A stretch of DNA of 64,000 nucleotides from the NCBI GenBank assembly GCA_010093815.1, contig ML996571.1; one strand, 5' to 3'. Positions 23,406-37,100 of the stretch are shown one piece after another. A model generated the notes under the pieces. It did no database searches, had not been told where the DNA came from, and was given only the letters and a program-made list of their open reading frames with translations. Every line of letters starts with the position of its first letter. Within the stretch, counting starts at the first letter, position 1. The DNA is from Pseudovirgaria hyperparasitica. Its lineage: Eukaryota. Made by a program: the position numbers and the translations under genes.

Positions 23406-26400
23406 ATGTTGCGTATGCTCGAAGCTCAAGCTCCGGCGAAGCAGACTGCTACCGATACGATCAGTACACTGAGCGGTCGCCTCACGAATGGTACCCTTTT
23501 GGAAGACCGACGTGCCGCAATCCTTGGCCTACGCAGCTTTGCGAAAGATTATCCTGCCTCAGTCGCGTCCGACGCACTCCGGCCACTGATAGGATGTTTA
23601 GTCAAAGACTCGGAGGACATAGATACTACGAAAGTAGTCCTTGAGACACTGTTAGCTCTCTTTGAGCCTAGTGAGACAAGTGTATGTTGATTGGAAATGA
23701 ATTTGAAGCTCGGAAAATGATTGTGGGTGTAGCTCGAAGCTTCAGAAGACATAGCACTTTGGCTTGCCGACGAGTTCTCTCAGGTATATAGATCTCACCA
23801 ATCACTATGGCTAGTGCTGAGCTTATGTTAGCGACAAGACAACACCACGATACTCCTTGATCTCCTCGATAAACCTGATTTCTACTCCCGCTTTTACTCT
23901 CTAAGACTCCTCCAAGCCATCTTTACCTCACGCGAGGAAAGGACCCAGGAATCCATATTGACAGCACCATTGGGTACTACACGGCTCGTCGCGACCTTAG
24001 ATGATCCTCGAGATGGTATACGCAATACCGGCTTACGGCTACTATGTGGCCTAACGGAGACTTCACCTGAGCTTCAAAAGCTGGTCGCGTTTGAGAATGC
24101 ATTTGACAGGATATTTGCTCTGATGGAAGCTGATGGATCCTTATTACAAGGAGGAATCGTGGTTCAAGACTGCCTGACACTTCTGCATAATTTGATACGT
24201 GATAACACTGCAAATCAGTCTTTATTTCGCGAGTCTGGAGGCATTGCACAACTGTCCTCGATTCTCCCCGGTGGACCTAAAAAGAAAACCTCGTCGTTGT
24301 CCCTCAGTCCCGAGGGCGAATGGATGAGTCCTGAAAGTAGCAAAAATGTATGGGGGCTGCTGTCCATCATGCGACTGTTCCTTATCCCTGGAAGCATCAG
24401 CACGCAACCCAATCAACTTGCTTTCCATAAGCATGGTATCACTCAACAGGTTCTGGAACTCGCTTTCGACAAGTCTAGCACTCTTGCTACGCGCGCTGAG
24501 GTTTGTTCTAGAATCCTCTGTATAGTAGATATCTAACGTGTAGCTTCTAGGCTCTGAATACTTGCGCTGACATTATACGTGGGAATGCTAGGCTTCAAGA
24601 AGGCTTTGGCCAATACCAAGTAACTCCAATTATGGAGAATGAGCACCCGACTAATGGTGCTGCATCGCCCGTGGTCACTCCAAAACTCTACGTCATCGAA
24701 GCATTGCTTGAATTAGCTCTATTAACGACTTCAAACAGTCTCTTTGGGGCTCGTTTCGCTGCGTGCGAATGTATAAAGGCTTATTTCCACAATCACCATA
24801 CTATTAAGCTGCATTTCCTGCAAAGAGCTGTGTCCGGCCATACATCTGGAGAATATGAGCCAGCTAATGTATTGAGTACTTTAGTCAGTGGTCCATCAGC
24901 TTCGAAAGATCCGTATCGGGTGTGGTTTGCAGCCGTGCTAGTTCTGCATCTCATCTACGACGACTTGGAAGCTAAGAACATTGTTATGAACGTGGTCGAA
25001 GGCAATGCTGAGAATGGTGAAGAGGTGGTTACCTACATTCAGACACTCGCGGGTCATATGGTCACTGCTCTAAAAAGTAACGACAACGAACGCGTGTGTG
25101 TAGCTTACTTGATGTTACTCTCAGGCTGGCTCTTCGAAGCTGCCCCAGCCGTCGACGATTTCCTCAACGAGGGAAGCACGTTGCAAACCTTGATTCAAAC
25201 AGCATCTCGAATAGCACCTGATAATGTCGTCCGCCGGGGGCTGTGTGCGTGCTTGTTGGGAACGATATATGAATTTTCTACTAAGGATTCGCCAATCGCT
25301 AGACGGGACCTCCAACCTGTCCTGACTTCGCGTCTCGGTAGGGAGCGGTATTTATCGGCGGTTAATGGTCTACGGAAACATCCTCTGATTCGCGACTTCG
25401 AAGTGCTCCCAATGAGCACGTTGAAGGATTCAAATGGAACGCCCACAGTACTGTTCGATACTACTTTTGTGGAGTTTCTCAAAGATAATTTCAGTCGCTT
25501 AGCTCGCGCCATTGACCGTGATCCCGGGTTGGAAGTTCATATCACGCACAATGGCGTTGATCGGGACCTAGTCGATGTATTGAGAAGTCAACTCGAAGAA
25601 AAGAACCAAGCTCTTCAGAAAACTGAGTCTGACCTGCTTTCCATAGAAAGCAAGCTAAACCAGGAACGGGCTGATCATAAGAGAACGCAGGAATCATCAA
25701 CTGCAGAGATCAACAGGGTCAAGAGCCTCACAGAAGCCATCAAAAAGAGCCAAGAGCAAGAGCAGGCTAGAATGGAAGCGGCACATGAAAGAGTCATCAG
25801 AGACATGGAGGCTCAGTACAAACAGGCTACGCAGCAGATGCAAGTTCAAATCCAGAAGTCGCAGCGTGAGGGTTCAGAGGCAGTCGAAAAAGCGAAACGA
25901 CCATTGCAAGATGAGATTACAACACTGAAACAAGCTAAGGATGAACAGCAGCAGAAACTCAGCAAGGCGAACGAAGAGAAGAACAAGAATTCAAAGGCCG
26001 TCCAGGAGTTACAGCAACTTGCTAAGCGAAGCAAAGAGGAACATACCGAGGCACAAACGATCATAACTTCACTCAAGTCGGACCTGAGAAAAAAAGATAA
26101 CCAGATTGATGATCTAAAGAAAGCCAAGGTACAGCTCGAAGCCTCAGTCGAAAAAGGAAAGAGCGAGAACGATCAATTACGTACAAGGTCACAAGACCAG
26201 ATATGGGCAGTGAAAGATGCGGAAGAGAAAATACGGAAGGCCGAGCAGATTGCAAAGGATAAGGAGGAAGCCCGCAGCAAGGCACAGGGTGAACTCGATG
26301 ATATGCTCATGGTTCTTGCTGACATTGAAGAGAAGCGCACAAAAGACAAGGTAAATAACATCCTACCGTAATTTATTGCACTTTTGGCTTTACTGACACT

Positions 26401-26504
26401 GCCGCTAGGCTCGCTTAAAGGAATTGGGAGAGCAGATTTCGGACGATGAGGACGAGGACGACGATGAGGAGGAGGAAGAGGAAGACCCGAGTGATGTTGA
26501 CTAG
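23406..26504 (+). CDS. USO1: Vesicle-tethering protein Uso1/p115, 5 exons
   Basis: PAKQTATDTISTLSGRL...LLEDRRAAILGLRSFAK, IALWLADEFSQRQDN, ELQKLVAFENAFDRIF, a long coiled coil, and an acidic tail in the last exon (26409-26504). Confidence 0.95.
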
Positions 26505-26958
26505 GTTCAAACACCTATTTAGACTCCAGCCCGGAAATATCACTTTACACACAGGAGAACATGTTTCTGATAGTCAATCACAATGTGTCATACTGGATAG
26601 GCAAAGCATGGCTAGAAAAAACCAAACAGAATATGATGCCAGTAGCTCAACAATACACTGATGGAGCATGTTGCGCCGAGTCGAGTCATGTAGGCCTGGC
26701 TTGGCATAAATGACTGTACGAAAACCCCTCCCTCCGAGCTGCCCCACTACCTAACAAGCTATCCGGATGGACAAATTTCCACCACACTCAACAAACACAC
26801 GACACTACGAACCTACGCCGCGAACTCTGAAGAATCCCCACACGTTCCCTGGCATCATAGCGACACTGAGGTATTACAAACCTCTCACTTCTCTCTATTC
26901 GCGCGAGCGCCTCCCATATTGCTGAGCTCCGCGTTTGCGGGAGACAGTCGCCTCCAGC

Positions 26959-29900
26959 ATGTCCATCGACTTCCCGAAGGAAGAAGAGCGCATCCTTGCT
27001 TACTGGAGAGAGATTGATGCTTTTCAACGTCAAGTCGAGCTATCGAAAGGTCGCCCACCTTATACCTTCTATGATGGGCCTCCATTTGCGACCGGCCTCC
27101 CCCACTATGGCCATCTCTTAGCTTCCACCATTAAAGACATTATACCCCGATACTGGTCCATGAATGGAAGATATGTTGAGCGTCGGTTCGGGTGGGATAC
27201 TCATGGTGTGCCAATTGAGTATGAGATTGACAAGAAGCTCGGGATGAGCGGCAAAGATGCGGTACAAAAACTTGGAATCGCGAAGTACAATGCCGAATGT
27301 AGAGCTATTGTCATGAGATTCGCTTCGGAATGGAAAGAAACCATTGAACGTTTAGGTCGCTGGATCGACTTTGAAAATGACTACAAGACTATGAACACCT
27401 CCTTCATGGAGTCAGAATGGTGGGTATTCAGCCAGCTCTGGAAGAAAGGCGCCGTCTATCGTGGATTCAAAGTCATGCCCTACTCTACCGCCTTGAATAC
27501 TCCTCTGAGTAACTTCGAAGCCCAACAAAACTATAAGGATGTGCAGGACCCAGCAGTAGTGGTGACATTTCCTCTCGTGAACGACCCAGAAACATGTCTC
27601 CTGGCATGGACAACTACGCCTTGGACGCTTCCCTCACACACTGGTCTTTGCTGTCACCCAGATTTCGAGTACGTCAAGATTTATGACGAAAAGACGAAGA
27701 AGAATTACGTCTTACTCGAAGCCCTTCTCAAGACCATATATAAGGATCCAAAGAAGGCCAAGTTTAAAATCATTAGTAAGATCAAGGGTAAAGACATGCT
27801 TGGATGGCAGTATGAGCCTCTATTCGATTTCTTCTATGAAGAATACAAGGATAAAGGTTTCCGAGTGTATAACGATACTTATGTCACTGCAGACAGTGGC
27901 GTAGGAATAGTTCATCAAGCACCGGCATTCGGCGAGGACGATTACCGCGTAGCATGGGAGGCCGGAGTTGTATCCGAGTCCCGGCCACCTCCGAATCCCG
28001 TTGATGACAGTGGTATCTTCACATCTGAGGTTGGGGAGTTCGCCGGCAAGGGCGTCAAGGCCGCTGATAAGGAGATCCTAAAAGCTCTGAAGGCCAAAGA
28101 TAGAGTTCTGGTAGACAGCACGCTGATGCATAGTTACCCATACTGTTGGCGATCGGACACCCCGTTGATATATCGTGCCGTTCCATCTTGGTTCATCAAA
28201 ATCCCGGACATCGTTCCCCAGATGCTTGAAAATGTCGCAGGATCACATTGGGTGCCTTCCTTCGTCCAGGAGAAGCGTTTCTCAAATTGGATCGCTGGTG
28301 CAAAAGACTGGGCTGTTTCTCGGAACCGGTATTGGGGAACACCACTTCCGCTATGGGCGAGCGAAGATTTCAAAGAGGTTGTCTGTATCGGCAGCATTGA
28401 GGAGCTAAAGACTTTGAGCGGGTACCAAGGAGAGATTACTGACCTTCATCGCGACAAAGTGGACGATATCACTATCCCAAGCAAAAATGGGAAAGGGGTT
28501 CTCCGTAGAGTTGATGAAGTGTTTGACTGCTGGTTCGAGTCTGGCGCTATGCCTTACTGTTCGGCCCATTACCCCTTTGAAAACGTGGAGCAATTTGAGA
28601 AGTCATTCCCCGGAGACTTCATCGCCGAAGGTCTGGATCAGACTAGGGGGTGGTTTTACACACTCACAGTACTGGGCACTCATCTCTTTGGGAAGCTACC
28701 TTTCAAGAATTGCGTTGTTAACGGCATTGTTCTGGCGGAAGATGGTAAGAAGATGTCGAAGCGACTCAAGAACTATCCCGATCCAAACCTAATCATGAAC
28801 AACTATGGTTCTGATGCTCTTCGACTGTATCTCATCAATTCACCAGTTGTTCGCGCAGAAACACTCCGCTTCAAGGAGACTGGCGTCAAGGAGATCGTAT
28901 CGCGAGTCTTGCTTCCGCTCTGGAATAGTTATCAGTTTTTCGCCCAGCAGGTTGCTCTCCTTAAGAAAATCGAGAATATAGATTTCGTCTTCGATCCCAA
29001 GGCCGAGGAGACCAACACGAACGTTTTTGACAAATGGATCCTCGCCAGTTGTCAAAGTTTACTGAAGTATGTCAATGAAGAGATGGCTGCGTATCGTCTC
29101 TACACAGTCGTACCAAAGCTTCTTGGACTTATTGATAATACGACAAACTGGTACATCCGATTCAACCGCAAACGTCTCAAAGGCGAGAATGGCACCGAAG
29201 ATACACGGCACGCTCTCAACACTCTTTTCGAAGTAGTATACACCTTGGTTCGTGGTCTTGCCCCATTCACACCTTTCATTGCCGATAACATATATCTCCG
29301 TCTACTACCCTTCATACCTCAAGAACTGCAGGCCCAGGACGCACGTAGCGTGCATTTCCTGCCATATCCAGAAGTTCGCCAAGAGCTCTTCGATGTGGCT
29401 GTCGAGCGTCGCGTTGGTCGTATGCAGACTGTCATCGATCTATGCCGTCTCTGTCGTGAGAGGAGAGCCATTGGTCTTAAAACACCTCTCAAGACACTTG
29501 TCGTCATCCACGCAGATGTACAATATCTCGACGATATTAAAGGACTAGAAGGTTACATCACAGAGGAGCTCAATATTCGGGACCTCGTTCTCTCTTCAGA
29601 CGAGGACAAATATGATGTCCAGTATTCGCTTTCTGCCGACTGGCCCATACTAGGCAAGAAGCTAAAGAAAGATGCACAAAAGGTCAAGAAAGGCCTGCCG
29701 AGCTTGACAAGCAACGACGTTAAAGAGTTCGTGAAGAGCGGCAAGATTACCGTTGATGGTATTGATCTCACATCTGAAGATCTCGTGGTGCATCGCGGAT
29801 TGAAGGAGTCGGAAGCATCGAAGACACAGGAATTCAACACTGACGGTGAGGCACTTGTCATTCTAGATGCCGCCATCTATCCTGAATTGGCACAAGAAGG

Positions 29901-30195
29901 CCTGGCTCGTGAAATGATCCGACGTGTGCAAGATCTTCGCAAAAAAGCTGGTCTCAATGCGACGGACGATGTTGGCATGGAGTACAGCGTGTTGAAGGAC
30001 CCTGAGAACATCGGACTCGAGCAAGCATTCGAAGATCAAAAGTCTCTATTCGAAAAGGCGCTGCGAAGACCTGTTGACAGACTCCAGGCCACACAGGCCG
30101 AAGAAAAGATACCCGAGAAACAGGAAGAAGTAATCTTGCAGGAGGAAGGCGAGATTCAGAAAGCTACTTTTCTACTAAGGCTTATCAGGCTTTGA
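26959..30195 (+). CDS. ILS1: Cytoplasmic isoleucyl-tRNA synthetase, intronless
   Basis: FYDGPPFATGLPHYGH (HIGH motif), AWTTTPWTLPS editing domain, EGLDQTRGWFY and KMSKR. First ATG at 26959 (MSIDFPKEE). Confidence 0.98.
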   Translation: MSIDFPKEEERILAYWREIDAFQRQVELSKGRPPYTFYDGPPFATGLPHYGHLLASTIKDIIPRYWSMNGRYVERRFGWDTHGVPIEYEIDKKLGMSGKDAVQKLGIAKYNAECRAIVMRFASEWKETIERLGRWIDFENDYKTMNTSFMESEWWVFSQLWKKGAVYRGFKVMPYSTALNTPLSNFEAQQNYKDVQDPAVVVTFPLVNDPETCLLAWTTTPWTLPSHTGLCCHPDFEYVKIYDEKTKKNYVLLEALLKTIYKDPKKAKFKIISKIKGKDMLGWQYEPLFDFFYEEYKDKGFRVYNDTYVTADSGVGIVHQAPAFGEDDYRVAWEAGVVSESRPPPNPVDDSGIFTSEVGEFAGKGVKAADKEILKALKAKDRVLVDSTLMHSYPYCWRSDTPLIYRAVPSWFIKIPDIVPQMLENVAGSHWVPSFVQEKRFSNWIAGAKDWAVSRNRYWGTPLPLWASEDFKEVVCIGSIEELKTLSGYQGEITDLHRDKVDDITIPSKNGKGVLRRVDEVFDCWFESGAMPYCSAHYPFENVEQFEKSFPGDFIAEGLDQTRGWFYTLTVLGTHLFGKLPFKNCVVNGIVLAEDGKKMSKRLKNYPDPNLIMNNYGSDALRLYLINSPVVRAETLRFKETGVKEIVSRVLLPLWNSYQFFAQQVALLKKIENIDFVFDPKAEETNTNVFDKWILASCQSLLKYVNEEMAAYRLYTVVPKLLGLIDNTTNWYIRFNRKRLKGENGTEDTRHALNTLFEVVYTLVRGLAPFTPFIADNIYLRLLPFIPQELQAQDARSVHFLPYPEVRQELFDVAVERRVGRMQTVIDLCRLCRERRAIGLKTPLKTLVVIHADVQYLDDIKGLEGYITEELNIRDLVLSSDEDKYDVQYSLSADWPILGKKLKKDAQKVKKGLPSLTSNDVKEFVKSGKITVDGIDLTSEDLVVHRGLKESEASKTQEFNTDGEALVILDAAIYPELAQEGLAREMIRRVQDLRKKAGLNATDDVGMEYSVLKDPENIGLEQAFEDQKSLFEKALRRPVDRLQATQAEEKIPEKQEEVILQEEGEIQKATFLLRLIRL

Positions 30196-30619
30196 GACGA
30201 CTAGCATGAATGAAAAAGTAAATGTACCAGCTTGTGACTTGAATTATTCACACCTATCATGAAGAAAGATAGATAGATAGATAGATACAAATCCTGACAT
30301 TGATTCTGACACCTAGATTGAAAGATCAACGCCATGCCATGTAGACCATTTGCCCCGAAACCTAGGCAATAGTTCATCTTTTTAATGCAGCCTGAGAAGG
30401 TTTGTTAGTACGATGATAATGGCAAAGTGTTAATATCAGGCACAAAGTAGCTTACCGTGTAGCATTGCTTCAATTTCAAAAATTCCGTGAGACATTTATC
30501 CTTGTGTATGTTCTTGTAGTCTGCGGTAATACATTTGCCGTACGCAGCGCCCTACCTATGTGAGCCTCTTGATCTGTGAATTCGGATCGATGCAGTAACC
30601 TCTTTGGCACATTTGACAG

Positions 30620-30981
30620 ACGCGGATGCCAGTCTGTCGACTGGCCTTGTGCGTCCAGGCATACTTGAATGCTCAAATGAGGTGGTTCTTGTTCAAAGCG
30701 AAGATGAAGTCATGATGTAGAAAGCAGTCGGGCGCAAAAGCGGTGTATTGGTAGTTTTAGCGCTTCCCCACAAAACACGCTCGCTCAGTAGAAGCACGCG
30801 CGCGCGTTGTCCTATCAAGCTTGCAACAATCTTAGAACTCCTAACGCGCCCCCGTTCGATTCCTCTACTCCTCAGTAATGATTGCACGATCAATGAATTT
30901 AACTAAATCAAGCGCTATTGTACTGTTATGTTTACATCAACATTCCACCATCGCCGTTCATGCGCTTAGCAAGCGGCGCGT
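30620..30981. promoter_or_regulatory. MCB-like (ACGCG/CGCGT) cores upstream of SFI1
   Basis: Cores at 30620, 30796, 30803, 30844 and 30977. A G1/S role is inferred from the downstream gene. Confidence 0.4.
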
Positions 30982-30999
30982 CATTCTCTAGACTTTCGA

Positions 31000-33900
31000 A
31001 TGCCCATATCCAAAGCAATTGATGAGTTACCCTCACTGTCAGATCAAGGTAAAGAGGCCTGAGGTGTATCCGGTGTAGCTACTAACGAGTCATCAGATGT
31101 GGAACTATTGGGATCAATCGTTTTCGCTGCGGAGAAGATATCCGGACCGCCTTTCCGAGCACTCTTTACTGCCTACGACCAAGTGCTTGCTGAGCACGGC
31201 ATTTCGCCCGGAAATGACCAGACATACTTTCGATTTCTTCTACGGATGGGCGAAGAGCGAATCGAGAATGACACACTATTTGGAAGATTCAAATCTCTGT
31301 TGGAGCGAACAGGAATACGGGTGGAAATCGATCGCAATGAAGACCATGTGGAAGATATCACGCGTCAAGCCGAGAATCCGGGATTGCGGGATGCTCTCGA
31401 GAGCCCGCAGAAGACGCGCCGCGCATCGTTCGACTCAGCTCTCGACCATCTCACAGATGGCGAGCGACAAGACGACGTATTCAAGAATGCAGCTTCAGAT
31501 TATCGTGAGCAGCAGCAACAGCGACCTTCGAGCCGTGTCTCGGGCTCTATCGTATCTCCACGCCAGCGATTTCAGTTTGCTAACGCTCCCCGAAGCCTCT
31601 TCCGGTCCGGAGCGTACCGAGGACGGCTGAACACACGAACAGCATCTGAACAACTGCCACTGAGTAAGAGACGCCAGACATCAATCTCAAGTCAGAGCAG
31701 CCTCCGCATAACGAGACCATACGATGACAGTCCCACGAAGCAGAATGCCTATTATTCTGCAGATGAGTCCGAGAGCGCGGAGCCGACATTGCCTCAAGCA
31801 AGGGGCTTTGAGGTTGATACCATCAAAGATGTATCCCAACAGGACCAATTGCGGGATGCGGTATCTTTCCGATTGCGAGAGGTGCATCAGACTGCCAGAC
31901 GATGTCTCCTGCTGTGGAGCGCGAAAGCACTACAGAGTGTCGAACAGTCGAAACTTATGGCTCGCAAAGCTGCGGAACATGATCGCTATGCACTCCTCAG
32001 ATCAGGACTTGATATGTGGACGAACAAGTATCGAACGCGCAAACGAGACCTCGAGACAGAGAAGTTCTTTGAGCACATGGAACGAAGAGCAGATCGAGCA
32101 CGAAACTTGTATCTAGTCGCGAAGGCTTTCACCCATTGGGCTCGGAGTACTTCTGACGAGGTCGACAGAACTTCCATTGCGAGACGACATATTCTCCGCA
32201 CTAGATATTTCAACGCGTGGAAAGATATCACTGCGATTAATGCGCTCAAGGTTCGTCGACAAGGCCTACGCAAGTTCATGGGGATCTGGCGTGATCGCAC
32301 TATAACATTGGTCGACAATCACATCAAGGCACTTGTCCGCTACGAGGATAACCTGATAGAGCGGACATACTGGCGTTGGTTCTGGGCGGTTTGTGCGCGT
32401 CGAGCTCCGCTCTGGGGTGAACAACGATCGAAACAACACTATTTCACCAAATGGCTGAGAGAACATGATCAAATTCAAAAGCAAGAGCAGGAGGCGACCG
32501 AGTTTTGGGATATAAAACTACAGAGACAGGCTGTTAGGTCATGGCATAGCACATTTTTAGCGGTTCAAACAGCAAATACGGCGGCGAATAACTGTCGAAC
32601 TAGGTCGTTATTGTCAGGTGCTTTTCGACTCATATGCAAACAAACTCAGCTACGGCGCCCGACATCTCAAGTCCATCATTCGACTGATGACCGGCTGATT
32701 AGAAGCTACTTTAGCACTTGGCTGATGCGTTTCCGGCTTACGCGTCAGGCCGATGCCTTTGCAGTTCAACGTCTTCTGCATAGAGCTATGACGACTTGGA
32801 AGTGTCGAGTGATAGGAGTCCATATCAACGAGAGGCTCGTTGCGCAGAATCTGTATAGGTGGATGTTGTCAGCCAGGGCAGCGCTGATACTTCGAGTACA
32901 TAATGCAAACAACAAGAAGGCCTGTTTGTCAGCCTGGAGAGCACGCGCGGTGTCGCGGAAGCATGAACTGGAGAGCTCGAAGACTGATGTGAGAACCAGC
33001 AGTCGTCGGCGAATCCTAGAACGGATCATGAGCCACTGGTCTGATAGAACACGCGAGCAGCAGCAGAAACACCTTACCGCCGAGTCTTTCCGCAGTAGCA
33101 AGCTTGCGTCCAGCCAGTTGATCTGTTGGGTCTCGCGCTATCGGCACGCTCAGAGACTCGATCAATGGGCGACTGACGCGCACTTCTATGTATCTGCGAA
33201 GCATACGCTCTCGGTCTGGCAAGTCGCCACGCAAAACGCCCGAAAGCAACGACGACGCGAAGCGTATGCACACGTACGCCGTGCAAACAAGATGGCTTTG
33301 GGTCGTCGGATGCTCAAGAGGTGGCAAGACACGCTGGAGGCAATCACAACAGCAAGACGCAGAGCAGAAGACATGCAAGAGATGAAACAGACACAGGTCG
33401 CAACTCAGTGCTTAGTATTATGGCAGCAAGAAACCCAGAACAAGATTCGACTCTCACATCAAGCCAGCGACTTCTATCGGCGTAAAATCAGCTCGCAACG
33501 TCTGCATCAGTGGATTCTGAGGCTACAGGACGTACAAGAGATCCAGGCAATGGGGACCACGTTGGCAGCTGAGATTAATACCAGGAACTCTAGGTTACGA
33601 CTCAAGGAGCTCAGTGCGAGATACTTTCGCATCGAGTCTCAGAAGGACACAGCTGAAAAATTTCAAGCGCGCAGTTTCAGGAAGCATCGGCGTGACATGT
33701 TAATTTACTGGAGGGACCGGACTATGCAAAGGATCTCCACAAACGAAACGATATTTGTGACTGTACCAAACCAGCAGAAAACCGATCTTGACGACGATGC
33801 AGCAGAGCAGGACACAATAAGACGCAAAGAAGATTTGACAGCCCTCGATACCTTGGCACTGGATAATGATGACCACAACTTTATTCTTGGAGACAATGAA

Positions 33901-34302
33901 GACCTGGGAAGCACATTCTTCACGTCTACCCCGCGTGCTGGCTATCACCGCACGCCATCGAAGACTCCAGCAGCCAGGACACGAGAGCTCCTACAGTCGC
34001 GACTGAAGACTCTCAATGCTCCTCGCGGCAGAGGGACGGTAGATACGACTCCTGCGCCACTATCCGGACTGTCTCGGCGCATTCCAGCCTCAGCACCGCA
34101 TCCTTCACTTGGGCATGCGGACTCAGTCGTATCTATCTCCTCCTTCACCCGCAAGCTCCAGGCTCAGGGAATACCTGTCAGTAGCCGAGGTGAAGGCCCT
34201 TCGAAGCTGCCTTCGATGAGCCGATCCACTAGACATGGGAAAGGACAGGTTGGATTCATTGGCTTCGACGACATACAAGAGGAAGATCGAACAGAAAGCT
34301 GA
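31000..34302 (+). CDS. SFI1: Spindle pole body protein Sfi1, 2 exons
   Basis: Short exon MPISKAIDELPSLSDQ plus intron 31049-31096; PFRALFTAYDQVLAEHGI...DQTYFRFLLRMG; many Trp-containing centrin-binding-type repeats (KAFTHW, RYFNAW, YFSTW). Confidence 0.88.
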
Positions 34303-34996
34303 TGTCAGTACATAGAAGCTGCCGCTTCGCTCTTGATTGGGTAGTGTTGGAAGTTGTACAGAAGCCTCATCATTTTAAAAGTGTTGGAAACCCGGCCCGC
34401 TCATGCGATTGATCTTGTTTGGATATTATGTTTGAGCTTGCGAAGATACCCCTTTACCAATGTTCAGATCCATGTGCTTCTAGTTGTACTTGTCTAAAAT
34501 CACAGGTGTGATGAAAGAGTTTTATATTTTGAACTCAGCTCAACTTTCCCTACACGTTGTCGCTTTAGTCTACTAGTAGGGCGTATGCTGTCACATTACC
34601 ACAGAGGGATCGCGTCTCCACCCTGCTATATCCTCAGGCATCAGTTGCGGACCCGCCCGCGCGGGATGTACATCAAGCCGGGCATGGTGGACCCGGAGAA
34701 AGCGATTGGTCCGCTGCGACACCGACCCTTGAACGCCTGACCGTTGGAGCTTAATCGCAGCCTCAACGAAATTCACATGCGCTGATAGCAAGACCGCTGT
34801 CGCCGTGCGCTCGAATCCTGGACAAAATCCTGGCGTCAGACGTAGGTCACTGATAAAGCCAAGATTGTTGATTATGAGCCCCATTAGGCAGGGGATCCCA
34901 ATGAGAGGTTCAGGTAAAGGTGGGCGGCATTTCGTCCATACTTTTCTCTCTCCTGACGTCGAATTCTGGTGGTGTGTGCTGCTCTTGTGATGAGGT

Positions 34997-36004
34997 ATGG
35001 AAGAAGACAGTCCTGCAGTACAAACACTTGCTGGAGGCAAGGTGTCTGCTCTAGTCTCTCTTCTTCCCACCTTTGTCCGAAGCCATGCGCTGCTTGGACG
35101 TATGACGAGGGGGATTGGAGCCCGAGCCACGGCCCCTACTTGCAAAGATATCGAGACTCCGGCAAGAAGTGGCCTCTCCACGAGAAGGAACAGTAAGATG
35201 CGGGCACACAGCTCCGACAGCGAGTCTGCCTCACTATCTGAATACGACTGCTCTAGCAGACCTCTGTCATCAAGCTCGACTCTGCCAGTCTTCCCAAGCC
35301 CGGAAGTCGGTACTGGTATCAACTGGAAGTACGCATGTCAAGGTAGATAGCGCTTCGGGCCTAGAGCAAGAAAGTCACTGACATCGGTCTCAACAGCTGA
35401 AAACCTCCTCTCACAAGCCATACACGAGTCCTCTACATTCGAACCTACCCCGGACCAGCCAGACACCATGTTCTGTCGGGATCTCTACCTCAGCTCCGTG
35501 AGCTATCTCTTGCGCGGTCTCCCGTCAGACCTGACAGCCTCGGAAGCGCTGGTACTACAAAGCTCTCTGCCCAAATCAATCGCCGCACAAGAAACAGGCA
35601 ACATGGCTGCCAAGCATTGCAATGCTCATACGAACGAGACGAACGGTCTTGACGAGCCCTCGATTGTTCATCGCACGCTGGCCTATTTAGTCCTCCAGGT
35701 CTTCGTTGTCTGCCACTTCTGCCTACCGTATCTAAGGATACTGCTGCGTGAGGCGTACGCGTACGAGCGGCGGCACCACATATCCGAGCGAGCACTTGCG
35801 ACGAGTCTAAACACGTTCGATGAGGTCGGGAAAAGTACAGTTGGGTTACTGGAGAGGGTGTATGCGATTGACGAGGGGCGCTTTGGACGATCTGTAAACG
35901 AGACAGTGGTGTGGTGGGTTAGAGAGGTGAGCGGGGGACTGAAACAGGGCTTGAAAGAGGGTGTGCTGGCGATGCGGGACGGTGGTGTAGATGTAGCGAT
36001 GTGA
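34997..36004 (+). CDS. Fungal hypothetical protein, probably conserved, 2 exons
   Basis: Intron 35343-35396 joins GTGINWKYACQ in frame to AENLLSQA...LYLSSVSYLLRGLPSDLT...AYAYERRHHISER. Start codon uncertain. Confidence 0.7.
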
Positions 36005-37100
36005 CTGCGTTTTTTTAGGCTCTTAGACTATAGCGTCGTAATGACTGATGATTTCACGACATCCACGGATTGCAATGCATATCGTCCCAATCGAGATTAG
36101 TGGTCGCCAAGCCGAGTCCCCGGAAGCGTTCGGAGCAGGAAGGCTCCGCGTGTAGGGAGCATCCGGATCACATGTAAGATACTAAGATGCGACCCTAGGA
36201 TGCGAGAACACCGAATGCAATCTTTGTTGCCATGTCATGAGAACAATGAATCGTACCCTTTTACCGCTTCTCACATCCTCGAGTTCTTAGAGCTGACATG
36301 CTCTCTCTCAACGGTCTACATGATGCTGAGCCCATCCTCCTGGACGGTTGTCTATAGTCGTCACACGATCCATTTCCTTTGACATCCACTCCTCTGTTGC
36401 CATTACGTGAGGCTCTCCCTCTATACCTAGACAGCGACTATGATTCCATGGACTGTCTAAGCCAGGAGCCAAGCTGAGAGTAGAATCTCAAAAGCCCACG
36501 CAAGAGCAGGAATCTAGAAGCTGTAATGCGGCATGCAGGTGATGTAGACACGTAGTCGGGTAACTCATTATTCTTCTTCATCCTCACTGGTCATACTCTG
36601 AAAGTTGGTTAGCCCGGTGACGTTGCCGTGTCTATTCGAAAAGCAGGGTCAGAAGTATATTGTGCACTGTGTCAACGAAGCGGATCCTGATGGTCTTGTT
36701 CCCGAGGAAGTCGTTCGATGCGTGATTCACAGACATCAGCAGCATCTGCGCTCCTTGGTAGTGACTGATGCATATATTGGTATCAGAACCTTGGAACAAC
36801 GAGACGAAAAAGCTGTAACGTCACGCGCCAGAGTACATGAGGCTTTTGGATTTCTGTTCTGAACCGCGACACCTTGACAGGTCTCATCCGAAATCTGACA
36901 ATCAATGTCAGGAGGACAACCTGGAGCAGACTAGGAGAATCGAAACGAAACACTTGCTTCTGCTTGATACCATCGGGTTGCGACTGCAAGACCTCAGCAT
37001 GCATGACTGTCTACGAAAGAGAAAATGGCACATCTTCTGCAGCTAGTAGCAAACTCGACAAAGCAAAGATCGAGACCCTCTCGAAACCAACAAACAACCC

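Noticed and set aside
26935..26958. Upstream TTG extension of ILS1 as a mitochondrial targeting isoform
   Set aside because: Only 8 codons, with an in-frame stop just upstream; too short for a presequence.
36200..37090. Short plus-strand ORFs that might be a decayed gene
   Set aside because: No recognisable family motif and no consistent splice model.
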